From assembly GCA_003647645.1 (NCBI GenBank), contig QMNG01000003.1, positions 1 to 59,986 of the forward strand: DNA of 59,986 bases, written 5' to 3'. This document shows positions 9,917-18,550 of this stretch, piece after piece. Below the pieces are notes generated by a model. That model did not search any database. It was not told the DNA's origin and saw only the letters and a program-made list of their open reading frames with translations. Position 1 is the first letter of the stretch. Each line of letters begins with the position of its first letter. The stretch is from a candidate division Kazan bacterium. GTDB lineage: Bacteria > Patescibacteriota > Kazan-3B-28. The position numbers and the translations under genes are program-made.

Positions 9917-11056
9917 CTAGACAGACAACATTTTATGATATTTATCTATCGCTCGCTCTACAAAACTCTTAAACTTGCGCTTGAATACAGAATTATCAAA
10001 CCTCTTGGCCTGCTGCTTACAGTCATTCGGGGATATCTTCATACTTTCAAGCTTTTTGATAGCATTGATCAAAGATCTGGGAGTTTGCTCGTCAAAGAAG
10101 ACACCGGTCTTGCCATCAATAACCGTTTCTGTCGCTCCGCCCTTGTTGAAAGCGATTACGGGCTTACCAGCAGCCATCGCTTCCAGGGGAACAATGCCAA
10201 AATCCTCCTCCTGGGGAAAGATTAGTGCCTTACACCGGCCAATATAGCGGGCTACTTCTTCGTCAGACAGAGATTTTAAAAATTCAATATTTTGGCCCCT
10301 GGCCAGTTGCTGTAGACGCTTGATTTCCGGCCCATCGCCGATAATTTTAACCTCTAATGTCAACCGGTTAAAAGTTTCCACCACCAGATCAGTCCGCTTA
10401 TAGGCAACCTGGCGGCCGACTACTAAATAAAAATCTTCCGACAGCTGGGTGGCCTTATCAAATCTATGAAAATCCACCGGCGGATGTAGCACCGAGGCAT
10501 CGGCCTCATAATATTTGGCGATGCGTTTTTTGATATGGTGGGAAATGGCCACAAATATATCAACCCTGTCGGCTGCTACCCTATCCCACATTCGAAGCTT
10601 GTGGATTATTGCTGGCATAAACGGCCTTAGAAATCTGCTCAGTACGCCAAACTGATCACTGTTTATATACTCATGGTAGTGGCTCCAATAATATCGGGTC
10701 GGCGTATACAGATAGCAGATGTGCAAAGTTTCCGGCTTGGTGATAACACCCTTAGCTTCGGCACTGCTTGATGAAATTACTAAGTCATAGTTATCCAAAT
10801 TGAAAGACTCAAAAACTGCGGGACGCTGCATGGCAAAAAGTTGATGCTTGTTTCTCAGAGGAGATTTCTGTAAATAGCTGGTAATGACTTTTCTGCCTTT
10901 AAGCTCGGGAAAAACTGAGGGCTTATATACTGAAGTATAAATATCGGCCGCTGGAAATATTTCTGCCAACAATAAAACCACCCGTTCCCCGCCGCCGCGG
11001 TTGGTCAGCCAATCAGTAACAATCGCCACTCTTAAATCCTCAAACTTTGTTGCCAT
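9917..11056 (-). CDS. Glycosyltransferase family 4
   Basis: DWL..RGGGERV, HICY..TP.RY.W, EEDFGIVPLEAMAAGKPVIA...GGA.ETV.DG.TG. Confidence 0.92.
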   Translation of the reverse strand: MATKFEDLRVAIVTDWLTNRGGGERVVLLLAEIFPAADIYTSVYKPSVFPELKGRKVITSYLQKSPLRNKHQLFAMQRPAVFESFNLDNYDLVISSSSAEAKGVITKPETLHICYLYTPTRYYWSHYHEYINSDQFGVLSRFLRPFMPAIIHKLRMWDRVAADRVDIFVAISHHIKKRIAKYYEADASVLHPPVDFHRFDKATQLSEDFYLVVGRQVAYKRTDLVVETFNRLTLEVKIIGDGPEIKRLQQLARGQNIEFLKSLSDEEVARYIGRCKALIFPQEEDFGIVPLEAMAAGKPVIAFNKGGATETVIDGKTGVFFDEQTPRSLINAIKKLESMKISPNDCKQQAKRFDNSVFKRKFKSFVERAIDKYHKMLSV

Positions 11057-11074
11057 AGGTTCTATTATACCAAG

Positions 11075-12469
11075 TTAGTAACTGCCCTTTCTGGAAAGAA
11101 CTGTCTTAAAAGTCAAAAGAATAATTTTGATATCCAGCCAGAGAGACCAGTGTTCAATATAAAATACATCCAACTTGCCATATTCATCCTCATCTGAATC
11201 ATGCCGGCCAGAGACCTGCCAAAGGCCAGTCACACCGGGTTTAACTAGTAACCTGCGTTTAAGGTCGTCAGAATACTCCCTTACCTCCTCTGGCAGAGCC
11301 GGACGGGGACCAACTAAACTCATATTGCCAATCAAAACATTGAATAGTTGGGGTAGCTCGTCCAGCGATGTCTTGCGGATAAATTTCCCAACTCTGGTAA
11401 CTCGCGGATCGTCTTTGATCTTAAATAGCGGACCTTTGGCTTCATTCCTTTCCGCTTTTAATTTAGCTCTAAGTTCTTCAGCCTCCCTCCCACCATAGCC
11501 CTCGCCCGTAGACATCTCTGTATACATTGAACGGAATTTGTAGAAAGTGAAGGTTTTGCCAAGTTCCCCTACCCGCTCCTGAGCAAAAATAACCGGTCCT
11601 TTGCTATCCAGTTTTATGGCTATTGCTACCAATCCCATGATCGGCAGAGCGATAATCATACTCAGCAACACCAATACAATGTCAAATATCCGCTTGACGA
11701 TCCGCCCCCACCCGGTCAGTAAGGTTGGAATTAATTCAATTAAGGGATAGCCAGACAGCATATCCACTGATATGTGAGAAGCATACAGCCCTGGCAGGCT
11801 GGGAACATATTGCAGGGTAATGTTATTATCTTCAGCAAATCGAATCAATGAGCTCATTTCCTCAGCCGGCGGCTCATAGCTAATGATAATTCTGTCTGCT
11901 TTTGAGTAGCGGCTGAGTTCTTCGGTGTCCAAATAAGAGAAATAATGCACAAGTTTTTGCTTGGGACGGTTCTGCTTAACTTGGTCCCGTAGGACTTCGC
12001 CAATCTTCCCGTGGCCAATAATAATCACTCGCTCTACCCCTATGCCATAATTTTGAAACCACTGCTTAATAACTTCCAAGAACGCCCGGCCGACAACTAC
12101 AAATATCAGGCTCATCCCCCAGACATAAATAATGATCAGCCTCGAAAAGAAGGTGGTCTGTATCAAAAAAAGGCCGATCATGAACAAAGCCAGGGCTGTG
12201 GATGTGGCAATTATGACCCGGCCGAACAGCTCCCAATGATTTTTAAACCCGCGGAAGCGGTATAGCCCAAGCATGGCAAAGACAACCACCCAGATAACCG
12301 ATGCATACAGGGCAAACTGCAGATAGCTGTCCCATGGCTGGATATAAATAACTTCGATAAACTGCCAGTTAAGCCGTAGCCAGTAGGCACTAAGAAAACT
12401 AGCCACTAACATAAGGTAGTCCAGCGGCACCAATAGGATCGTAAAGAATTGGTTAAACCTTTTCATCAT
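11075..12469 (-). CDS. Polyprenyl-phosphate sugar phosphotransferase (WcaJ/WbaP family)
   Basis: N-terminal TMs; [56 protein letters not shown]. Confidence 0.93.
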   Translation of the reverse strand: MMKRFNQFFTILLVPLDYLMLVASFLSAYWLRLNWQFIEVIYIQPWDSYLQFALYASVIWVVVFAMLGLYRFRGFKNHWELFGRVIIATSTALALFMIGLFLIQTTFFSRLIIIYVWGMSLIFVVVGRAFLEVIKQWFQNYGIGVERVIIIGHGKIGEVLRDQVKQNRPKQKLVHYFSYLDTEELSRYSKADRIIISYEPPAEEMSSLIRFAEDNNITLQYVPSLPGLYASHISVDMLSGYPLIELIPTLLTGWGRIVKRIFDIVLVLLSMIIALPIMGLVAIAIKLDSKGPVIFAQERVGELGKTFTFYKFRSMYTEMSTGEGYGGREAEELRAKLKAERNEAKGPLFKIKDDPRVTRVGKFIRKTSLDELPQLFNVLIGNMSLVGPRPALPEEVREYSDDLKRRLLVKPGVTGLWQVSGRHDSDEDEYGKLDVFYIEHWSLWLDIKIILLTFKTVLSRKGSY

Positions 12470-12864
12470 CTAGCATTCTACACCGTGGGAGCAATTTTTT
12501 AAACAAAAACTCTCATTGGAAGAGAGTTTTTGTATAGCTCCTTGCAAACTATAAGCCGGATTCTGTCCCCCCACTTTCTGAGCACCAACCGATGTTGCTT
12601 GGCACATAAGTGCCATGCCCAAAAAGTGGGGGGTGTGATTATCTATCTGGGACAGACATTACTGCCTGCCTCAACGCGTTGGGATTCTAATTCGTCTAGT
12701 TCGAACCCAATCTATTAACGAATTAAATCCAGCCCAACTTGCACCGAAAAGGGTTTACCAGAATTTCCGCCTCGCGGCGGAGTCCTGCGAGTAGCAAGAG
12801 GAGTAAATCGCTAGGTTTGGCCTGGCTTTCTACACAACACACCTCGCAGCTTTTCACCTTTTTG

Positions 12865-12992
12865 ACCACTGCTCCGCAGTGGAAGCACTAATATCTAAGC
12901 ACTAAATTCTAAACAAGTATTGAAATAATTTATTCTATAACATGTTTAGAGTTTAGGATTTCGAATCTAGTATTTCCAATGCGAAGCATTGG
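12865..12992. mobile_element. Structural-RNA hairpin insert, copy 1 (RNase P, P12 region)
   Basis: ACCACTGCTCCGCAGTGGAA...heptamer arms...TTCCAATGCGAAGCATTGG; 6 substitutions versus copy 3. Confidence 0.85.
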
Positions 12993-13024
12993 TTTAGTAT
13001 AGTCTCTGTGGCACTTTCCCTATC

Positions 13025-13169
13025 ACCACTGCTGCGCAGTGGAAGCACTAAATCAGAAGCACTAAATCCTAAACATATTTTATTCATCTATCCCAGTTTG
13101 GAATTTAGAATTTGGAATTTGTTTAGAGTTTAGATTTTCGAATTTCGTATTTCCATTGCGGAGCAATGG
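13025..13169. mobile_element. Structural-RNA hairpin insert, copy 2 (RNase P, P9 region)
   Basis: ACCACTGCTGCGCAGTGGAA...TTCCATTGCGGAGCAATGG; colinear with the 23S insert at 45568. Confidence 0.85.
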
Positions 13170-13227
13170 CAACGGTCGCCGTTAGCGACTTTCCGGGTCC
13201 GAAATGGTGTCCGGACTTTCCTCCCCA

Positions 13228-13355
13228 ACCACTGCTCCGCAGTGGAAGCACTAATATCTAAGCACTAAATTCTAAACAAGTATTGAAGTAATTTATTCTA
13301 CAGCATGTTTAGAGTTCAGGATTCCGAATTTAGTATTTCCAATGCGAAGCATTGG
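13228..13355. mobile_element. Structural-RNA hairpin insert, copy 3 (RNase P, P3 region)
   Basis: Near-identical to copy 1; lies just 5' of GGGGAGGAAAGTCC on the minus strand. Confidence 0.85.
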
Positions 13356-13447
13356 CATGGGGCAATCACACATTTGCAAGGAGCAGGATCAGAATACTTT
13401 AATCTATTCAAAGTGTAAAGAGGTGAATCTTATGTATAATTGTATAT

Positions 13448-14089
13448 ATGGACAGCATCAACCAGCCATTTGTCATCGGCATCGGTGGCGGAACTGGCTC
13501 TGGAAAAACATACATCGCCAAACAGCTTCAAAAGATTGATCCTAGCAAGATCATTCTGATTTCCCATGACCATTATTACAAAGACAGGAGTGATATTCCG
13601 CTTGAGGACAGAAAAAAAATAAACTACGACGAGCCAGCCGCAATAGACGGGGATCTGTTTGCCAAACAGATGTTGGCCTTAAAATCCGGCCATTCCATCG
13701 ATATGCCGCTTTATGACTTTTCTACTCACACCCGCCAAAATACTACACAGAAGGTTAAGCCCGCTCCGGTGATCATCATTGAGGGAATCCTCATTCTGAC
13801 CGACAAACGGATCCGAGATCTGCTGGATCTAACCATCTTCGTAGAAGCCGATCCGGACATTCGTCTAGCCAGAAGGCTGGAAAGAGATATTGGTGAACGC
13901 GACAGAAGCTTTGAAGAGTCAATTAACCAGTATCTAATATCCGCCCAGCCGATGCATGATAAATATGTAGAGCCGGGCAAGGATGAAGCTGACATTATTA
14001 TCAACAACAATCGAACAATCGAAGAATTAGAAGATGCTCTGGAAACTATCCGGGCCCGCATTCTTGAAGTTCTTGAAAATTCAAATTAA
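13448..14089 (+). CDS. udk: Uridine kinase
   Basis: IGIGGGTGSGKT, DHYYKD, NYDEPAAID, IIIEGIL, RL.RRL.RD...R.R, MH.KYVEP.K..ADII. Confidence 0.93.
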   Translation: MDSINQPFVIGIGGGTGSGKTYIAKQLQKIDPSKIILISHDHYYKDRSDIPLEDRKKINYDEPAAIDGDLFAKQMLALKSGHSIDMPLYDFSTHTRQNTTQKVKPAPVIIIEGILILTDKRIRDLLDLTIFVEADPDIRLARRLERDIGERDRSFEESINQYLISAQPMHDKYVEPGKDEADIIINNNRTIEELEDALETIRARILEVLENSN

Positions 14090-14104
14090 AATATCTTTCA
14101 AGGG

Positions 14105-14181
14105 GGGCGATTAGCTCAGTTGGTTAGAGCGCATCATTGACGTTGATGAGGTCACTGGTTCGAATCCAGTATCGCCCACCA
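14105..14181 (+). tRNA. tRNA-Val(GAC)
   Basis: GGGCGAT/ATCGCCC acceptor, CATCA-TTGACGT-TGATG, GGTTCGAATCC, CCA. Confidence 0.95.
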
Positions 14182-14292
14182 AACAAAAATTAACCTTCAC
14201 TCACTACATAGGCGGCTGTCAATATAGTTAATGAGTGATTACTATACATATTAGCTTACAGAAAAGTCAGAGAGCAATAACCACAAAAGTAT

Positions 14293-14322
14293 CCAAAAAC
14301 CTCACGGCCGTGAGGTTTTTGG
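14293..14322. repeat. Perfect 30-bp palindrome with CTCACGGCCGTGAG core
   Basis: CCAAAAACCTCACGG|CCGTGAGGTTTTTGG, 6 bp past the stop of the PaaX/Cas2-like gene. Confidence 0.95.
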
Positions 14323-14328
14323 TGTGTC

Positions 14329-14820
14329 TTACCAAATGTGTTTACCGATATAGAGTGATGTATAATTACCAACTTTATGATAATCGATAATTTTTAGCAT
14401 CCAATTTTCACAATCGTATTCACTAACCCAAACGCTTTGTTGATGTTTTTTAAATCCGAGTGTTTTGATATGTGATCTAAAACTATCCCTTAATTTTCTT
14501 TTGGATTCAGGAATATCAAAAACTAACACTCTTGTCTGTCCATCTTTGGCCAATATTTTTTTGATTGCTGGAAGGGCTCTAACTACCCCGTATTTTGTTA
14601 ATTGATATTTATTTTCGCCCTGTTTTTTGATTTCCCCATTTTTGATAAGTTCACTAACTTTTCGTCGCAACTCACCTTTTTTAAGTAGTTGAAAACCCTT
14701 GTATTTAGTTTCCAATATAAGCCCCAGCAAGTCCGCGGTTTCAACTACGCTTGTTTTAAATAGCCTTACAATTACTTCCCGTACAACAGATTTATTGACT
14801 GATTGAAGATTATTTTTCAT
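14329..14820 (-). CDS. PaaX-like / standalone Cas2-fold protein (winged helix plus ferredoxin-like domain)
   Basis: N-terminal wHTH-like part (L...G.I......Y.LT..G), then LVFDIPE.KRKLRDSFR..IK.LGF...QQSVWVS.Y. Confidence 0.8.
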   Translation of the reverse strand: MKNNLQSVNKSVVREVIVRLFKTSVVETADLLGLILETKYKGFQLLKKGELRRKVSELIKNGEIKKQGENKYQLTKYGVVRALPAIKKILAKDGQTRVLVFDIPESKRKLRDSFRSHIKTLGFKKHQQSVWVSEYDCENWMLKIIDYHKVGNYTSLYIGKHIW

Positions 14821-14836
14821 ACATTTATTATACCAA

Positions 14837-14858
14837 AAATCTCACGGCCGTGAGATTT
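14837..14858. promoter_or_regulatory. 22-bp palindrome with the same core, next to the -10 box of the PaaX/Cas2-like gene
   Basis: AAATCTCACGG|CCGTGAGATTT; TATAAT on the minus strand at 14827-14832. Confidence 0.7.
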
Positions 14859-14915
14859 AGCGTATGTGTTATATGTAACGCCTGAACCGACACATGAGGC
14901 GCTAGGAATTATAAG

Positions 14916-17096
14916 TCAGGAGATGGTGAGCAGAAGAGTACCTGTATATTCCCCGACCGCGCGGCTGTTGAGATTGGTCAAGGTTATTGTAGGAAGAAAA
15001 AAGAAGCCGCCGGTGCGAACGGTGGGGTCAACACTTGAAGCCGAACTATAAGCAGTTCGGTTAGAATCCAAAGTGCTCCCGCTACCGGGCGCTGTTATAC
15101 CAGTTTTGTCTGACGCAAAAGAACCATATAAAACCGTAGTGGGAGCTGTCCAAGTGATGTCGGCGCCGGGAATGGTATCGGGGCCACACGTATTGCATAC
15201 TAATGACATTGAACTAACTACCACATCATAGCCATTTCCCAATCCTGTTTTGTCCCAAAAAACTATCTCCTCACCTGGCTGAAAGACATATACCAGTGTG
15301 CCGCCGCCGCCCAAAGTATAGGTCCCGAGAAAAACTGCCGAGGGAACTTGGTAAAGCTCCAAATCATATGCACCAGCACATCTAAGAGTAGGATACGAAT
15401 ACGAGCCGTTAAGGGCAACGGTCTGCCAGTCGGGAACGCCAGCAATGGAATCTTCTGTGTACTGAAGTCTGAACCAGTACTGGGCGTTAGCAGTAGCGCT
15501 AAAGTTTTGAATAGTAAATTCATGCTCATAGATAGTGCTGGCAGCCGGATCAAAAGTACTTCCCTGCCCGGCACCCGTCAGATTATCTTCATTATGTCTG
15601 CCTGCTGATGGCGAGCCCGACAATCGGGTTGTGCTAATATCATCGTCGTCATTTACATTATCTCCGTCATAGTAGCGCCAAGTAACTAGCGAACCCTGAC
15701 CCCCCACCAAAGTAGGAGTGCCAGAAAAATCCGGCGTAGTGTCGAATTGCAATCGGTATTTTACATCTGTGCCAGCTCCACCGCCTGTCTCGCCCACTAC
15801 GATTCGCAGTTTTATAGCGTTCATCTTGTAGATAATTTGGGTATTAGTGGGCAATGTATTTTCAGCTGATATGGCATCACCTGTGGTAGTTTCGCCACCG
15901 TTTGTATTATTGGGATCTGCCACATCTTCGGCGTCATACCAGCGCCAGTTGCGGGAATCAGGCGTATATTCGGCTTGTTTCTTGGCCACCACCACATTGA
16001 TGTAGGGCGCAACGTTATTTTCGGTGGAAAAATTCCCCGAGATAGTGTGGGAGTGGGTACCAATCATTGGTATGCTAGGACTGCCGGAGGACATAACTGT
16101 ACCGGCGATATGAGTAGTAGAAGTTACATTTAAAGCATGGGTATGGGTAGCATAGCCCTGGCCGGTTTGGTAGGTAGTTTGGGCTTCAATTAAAACTCCG
16201 CCGAAGGCCTCGCCGCCATCGCTGATTACATCCCAGCCCGAACTGTCGATATTGGGGTCGCCATCGAACATCGCGATCATATTGGGAGGTATGGCCGTTC
16301 CCCCGCTGCTGGTGACATACCGCAAGTCCACCTCAGTATGCAACGGGGTGTGGTCGGTGCTGGCCGGAGAAGTAGTTGGACCATAGGTATGTATATGACC
16401 GTCAATGACAGCAGTAACACCGGTACCATCAACGAGGGGTGTGTTTGAGTCTGATATATCAGAAGCGATGTTGAGGTTGGTATGAGTGTGGGTAGTGGAG
16501 CCACCGGTACCGCCGGAAGTTGCCGCGATTCGGATCATATAGCCGTCTTGGCTGGTATAATCCGTGAACCCAAGCGCGGCCACTGCCGAATCAAATATAG
16601 CAATAGCATACTGGGGCAGAGTGGTGGGAATGCCGCTGTCATAAGTAATGGCAATTAAGTTTCGGTAGACCGGCAGAATGGTTGCAGGGTCCATCATAAA
16701 AACTTGGATGGAGTGACCATGCGGCGCATCAGCTAACACGGTATTCTGTTTATTGCTTCTGACGTTGACAGTCGGTGAGCTGGCATTAACAAAAGCCACC
16801 GTGCCCTGAGTGTGAATATGGGTTCCAGCGTTAGTTAATCCCACATTGGCAACACTATCTCCCCGCAAAAACTTATCGCCATAAGTAGCTGAAGCATTGG
16901 TCCAGCCAGTAGGAATACTCCCGCCTAAGGCGGTATCCCACAATAAGATCATTTTTTCGCCGCTGGCACGAGCCGGCTTGTTGGGCGGCCAGGGCATACC
17001 CAAGGATAAAGCTATAATGCCGACTATCGCCAGCCAGCTTATCCACCGGCTGATATTTCTTTGGAAATATTTTCTTGCGATATCCACTAATGCCAT
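14916..17096 (-). CDS. Secreted surface protein with repeated HxH motifs and a C-terminal WxL-like domain
   Basis: N-terminal TM/signal; THIHT, PHGHS, THTHT, GHIHT, THTHA, THSHT; C-terminus DITWTAP...GEYTGTLLLTIS resembles WxL. Confidence 0.65.
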   Translation of the reverse strand: MALVDIARKYFQRNISRWISWLAIVGIIALSLGMPWPPNKPARASGEKMILLWDTALGGSIPTGWTNASATYGDKFLRGDSVANVGLTNAGTHIHTQGTVAFVNASSPTVNVRSNKQNTVLADAPHGHSIQVFMMDPATILPVYRNLIAITYDSGIPTTLPQYAIAIFDSAVAALGFTDYTSQDGYMIRIAATSGGTGGSTTHTHTNLNIASDISDSNTPLVDGTGVTAVIDGHIHTYGPTTSPASTDHTPLHTEVDLRYVTSSGGTAIPPNMIAMFDGDPNIDSSGWDVISDGGEAFGGVLIEAQTTYQTGQGYATHTHALNVTSTTHIAGTVMSSGSPSIPMIGTHSHTISGNFSTENNVAPYINVVVAKKQAEYTPDSRNWRWYDAEDVADPNNTNGGETTTGDAISAENTLPTNTQIIYKMNAIKLRIVVGETGGGAGTDVKYRLQFDTTPDFSGTPTLVGGQGSLVTWRYYDGDNVNDDDDISTTRLSGSPSAGRHNEDNLTGAGQGSTFDPAASTIYEHEFTIQNFSATANAQYWFRLQYTEDSIAGVPDWQTVALNGSYSYPTLRCAGAYDLELYQVPSAVFLGTYTLGGGGTLVYVFQPGEEIVFWDKTGLGNGYDVVVSSMSLVCNTCGPDTIPGADITWTAPTTVLYGSFASDKTGITAPGSGSTLDSNRTAYSSASSVDPTVRTGGFFFLPTITLTNLNSRAVGEYTGTLLLTIS

Positions 17097-17107
17097 GGCT
17101 TAGAATA

Positions 17108-18337
17108 TTATTTATCTGATTTGTCCGGAAATGGATGATAGATACTCATCTTGGCAGAAATAAGATACCTCCAAAAACTTGGCATTGGGTTTGATATCTT
17201 TTTCTGGTGCAGCTTGCCGGCAGACATCCGGCCCCGGGGAATAAGCAGCTTGTCTCCGGCGTTGATGACATACGGCCACTTAAGTTGATTTAGCTTCACC
17301 AGCACTCGGGGAAAGATGCCGGTGCGTTCCGATATATGCATAATTGTGTCTCCCTTTTTGACCGTGTAAGTCTCTACCTCCAAAATATACTTGGACTTAT
17401 CGCCAAAATAGACAAATGTCCGGTAAATGATCCACAGCAGCATTAATATAATCAGCGTCCATAAAAGATATCCACCGCCAACCCAAAAGCTGAATTTATA
17501 AGTAAAATCTAAATTGGGAATAGTGCTGGTTGTCCCGTCCGGCAGAGTTTGTTCCATCGTCCAGGTGTGCAGTACTACTTTTACCCGATAGAAGCCAAAC
17601 TTGGGCGCCGGCTTGTCCCAAATTTTCGTGATTTCCATATCCCATCCGGGCAAAAAGACGCCATTTTCGTCTTCCTGTTGAGTGCGGGAGCCCAGCAAAG
17701 CGCTCAGCGTGATATCCAAGGCCGGCTCCAATTTTACATTGCTGTCGTTTTTAGCTCTGATATTAAAGATCAGCTGGTTATCTTCAATCTTATGGGTGAC
17801 TTCCTCAAAAATTATGTTCCGTTCGATCTTCCCCGGAACAGTAATATACATTCTGGTAGCAACTCTGGTCTTTAGAGTAATGCCGGACTTGCTAGCAGCG
17901 TCTCTGGCATACACTGCGATTCCTCCGCTGTGTTCACCCACGCCGGCTGTTTCCGGCACTGTTATCGTGAATCCAACTTCCCTTGATGCGCCGGCCGGCA
18001 GCACAATTGTGGTCGCTTCAAGCTGTATCCAGTTGCCAACATCTTGATTCTTCTCAACTGAGTCAACTACTGAATACGAACCGTCGCTTGTAGTAATCGC
18101 ATCCAAGGCCTCAATAGCGATTGTTTTAGTTTCACCAGCATGATTAGTGACTATAACCGAATCTTGTTTGCTCTCTCCCCGGTTTAAGACATATATAAAC
18201 CGGCTTCGGCCCTGCTCACCCTCAATTTGCGACGGCATCAGACCAACACCCCCACCCTGAGCCGAGACCGGTTGAGGGATTAGCCAGAAACAGACTGCTA
18301 AAGCTGCGAATATTAATCTATTAGTTTTTTGAAGCAT
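17108..18337 (-). CDS. DUF916-like (WxL-partner) protein with TM and LysM
   Basis: Signal peptide; F.Y.L..GE.K.D.V.V.N, VG.WI.L....I.LPAG.S.EV.FTI.VP..A.VGEH.GGI, TM, YTVKKGDT...I LysM. Confidence 0.75.
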   Translation of the reverse strand: MLQKTNRLIFAALAVCFWLIPQPVSAQGGGVGLMPSQIEGEQGRSRFIYVLNRGESKQDSVIVTNHAGETKTIAIEALDAITTSDGSYSVVDSVEKNQDVGNWIQLEATTIVLPAGASREVGFTITVPETAGVGEHSGGIAVYARDAASKSGITLKTRVATRMYITVPGKIERNIIFEEVTHKIEDNQLIFNIRAKNDSNVKLEPALDITLSALLGSRTQQEDENGVFLPGWDMEITKIWDKPAPKFGFYRVKVVLHTWTMEQTLPDGTTSTIPNLDFTYKFSFWVGGGYLLWTLIILMLLWIIYRTFVYFGDKSKYILEVETYTVKKGDTIMHISERTGIFPRVLVKLNQLKWPYVINAGDKLLIPRGRMSAGKLHQKKISNPMPSFWRYLISAKMSIYHPFPDKSDK

Positions 18338-18420
18338 TGCAAGTTTGGATTAATAATGGACTTAAGTTGGAATTTAGAATATAGAATTTGGAATTTGGAG
18401 TAAATGTTTTTTATTTTTTC

Positions 18421-18526
18421 TGGATTCCCGCCTCTGCGGGAATGACAGCTTTTTTGTTGTCATCCTGAATTTAGTTCAGGATCCTTGGTAGGGCAGGCTA
18501 GATGCTGAAACAAGTTCAACATGACG
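18421..18526. repeat. REP-like composite (GGATTCCCGC..GCGGGAATGACA plus TGTCATCCTGAA..ATGACG)
   Basis: Palindromic units with TGTCA/ATGAC tags between two co-oriented genes. Confidence 0.75.
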
Positions 18527-18550
18527 GTAGGTTATTCTGCCCTCTGTCCC

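Larger units (their letters stand above)
12541..13380 (-). ncRNA. rnpB: RNase P RNA, enlarged by three hairpin inserts
   Basis: Minus strand has GAGGAAAGTCC near the 5' end, AGTGCCACAGAGA, GGTAAACC, and ACAGAATCCGGCTTA near the 3' end; ends CTTGCAAA/TTTGCAAG can form P1. Confidence 0.92.

Noticed and set aside
6544-12469. DUF4012-GT4-GT4-sugar transferase cluster as a novel system
   Set aside because: This arrangement is common in CPR and Actinobacteria; listed as features only.
12865-13355. Three repeats with spacers as a CRISPR-like array
   Set aside because: The 'spacers' are conserved RNase P core segments (GAGGAAAGTCC, AGTGCCACAG) and the repeats are ~130 nt.
14329-14820. CRISPR-Cas system suggested by the Cas2-like motif
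   Set aside because: No cas1 or effector gene and no repeat-spacer array anywhere in the window.
14916-17096. Prophage suggested by tail-fibre-like motifs
   Set aside because: No integrase, terminase, capsid or lysis genes; the protein has a signal/TM segment and lies in a surface operon.
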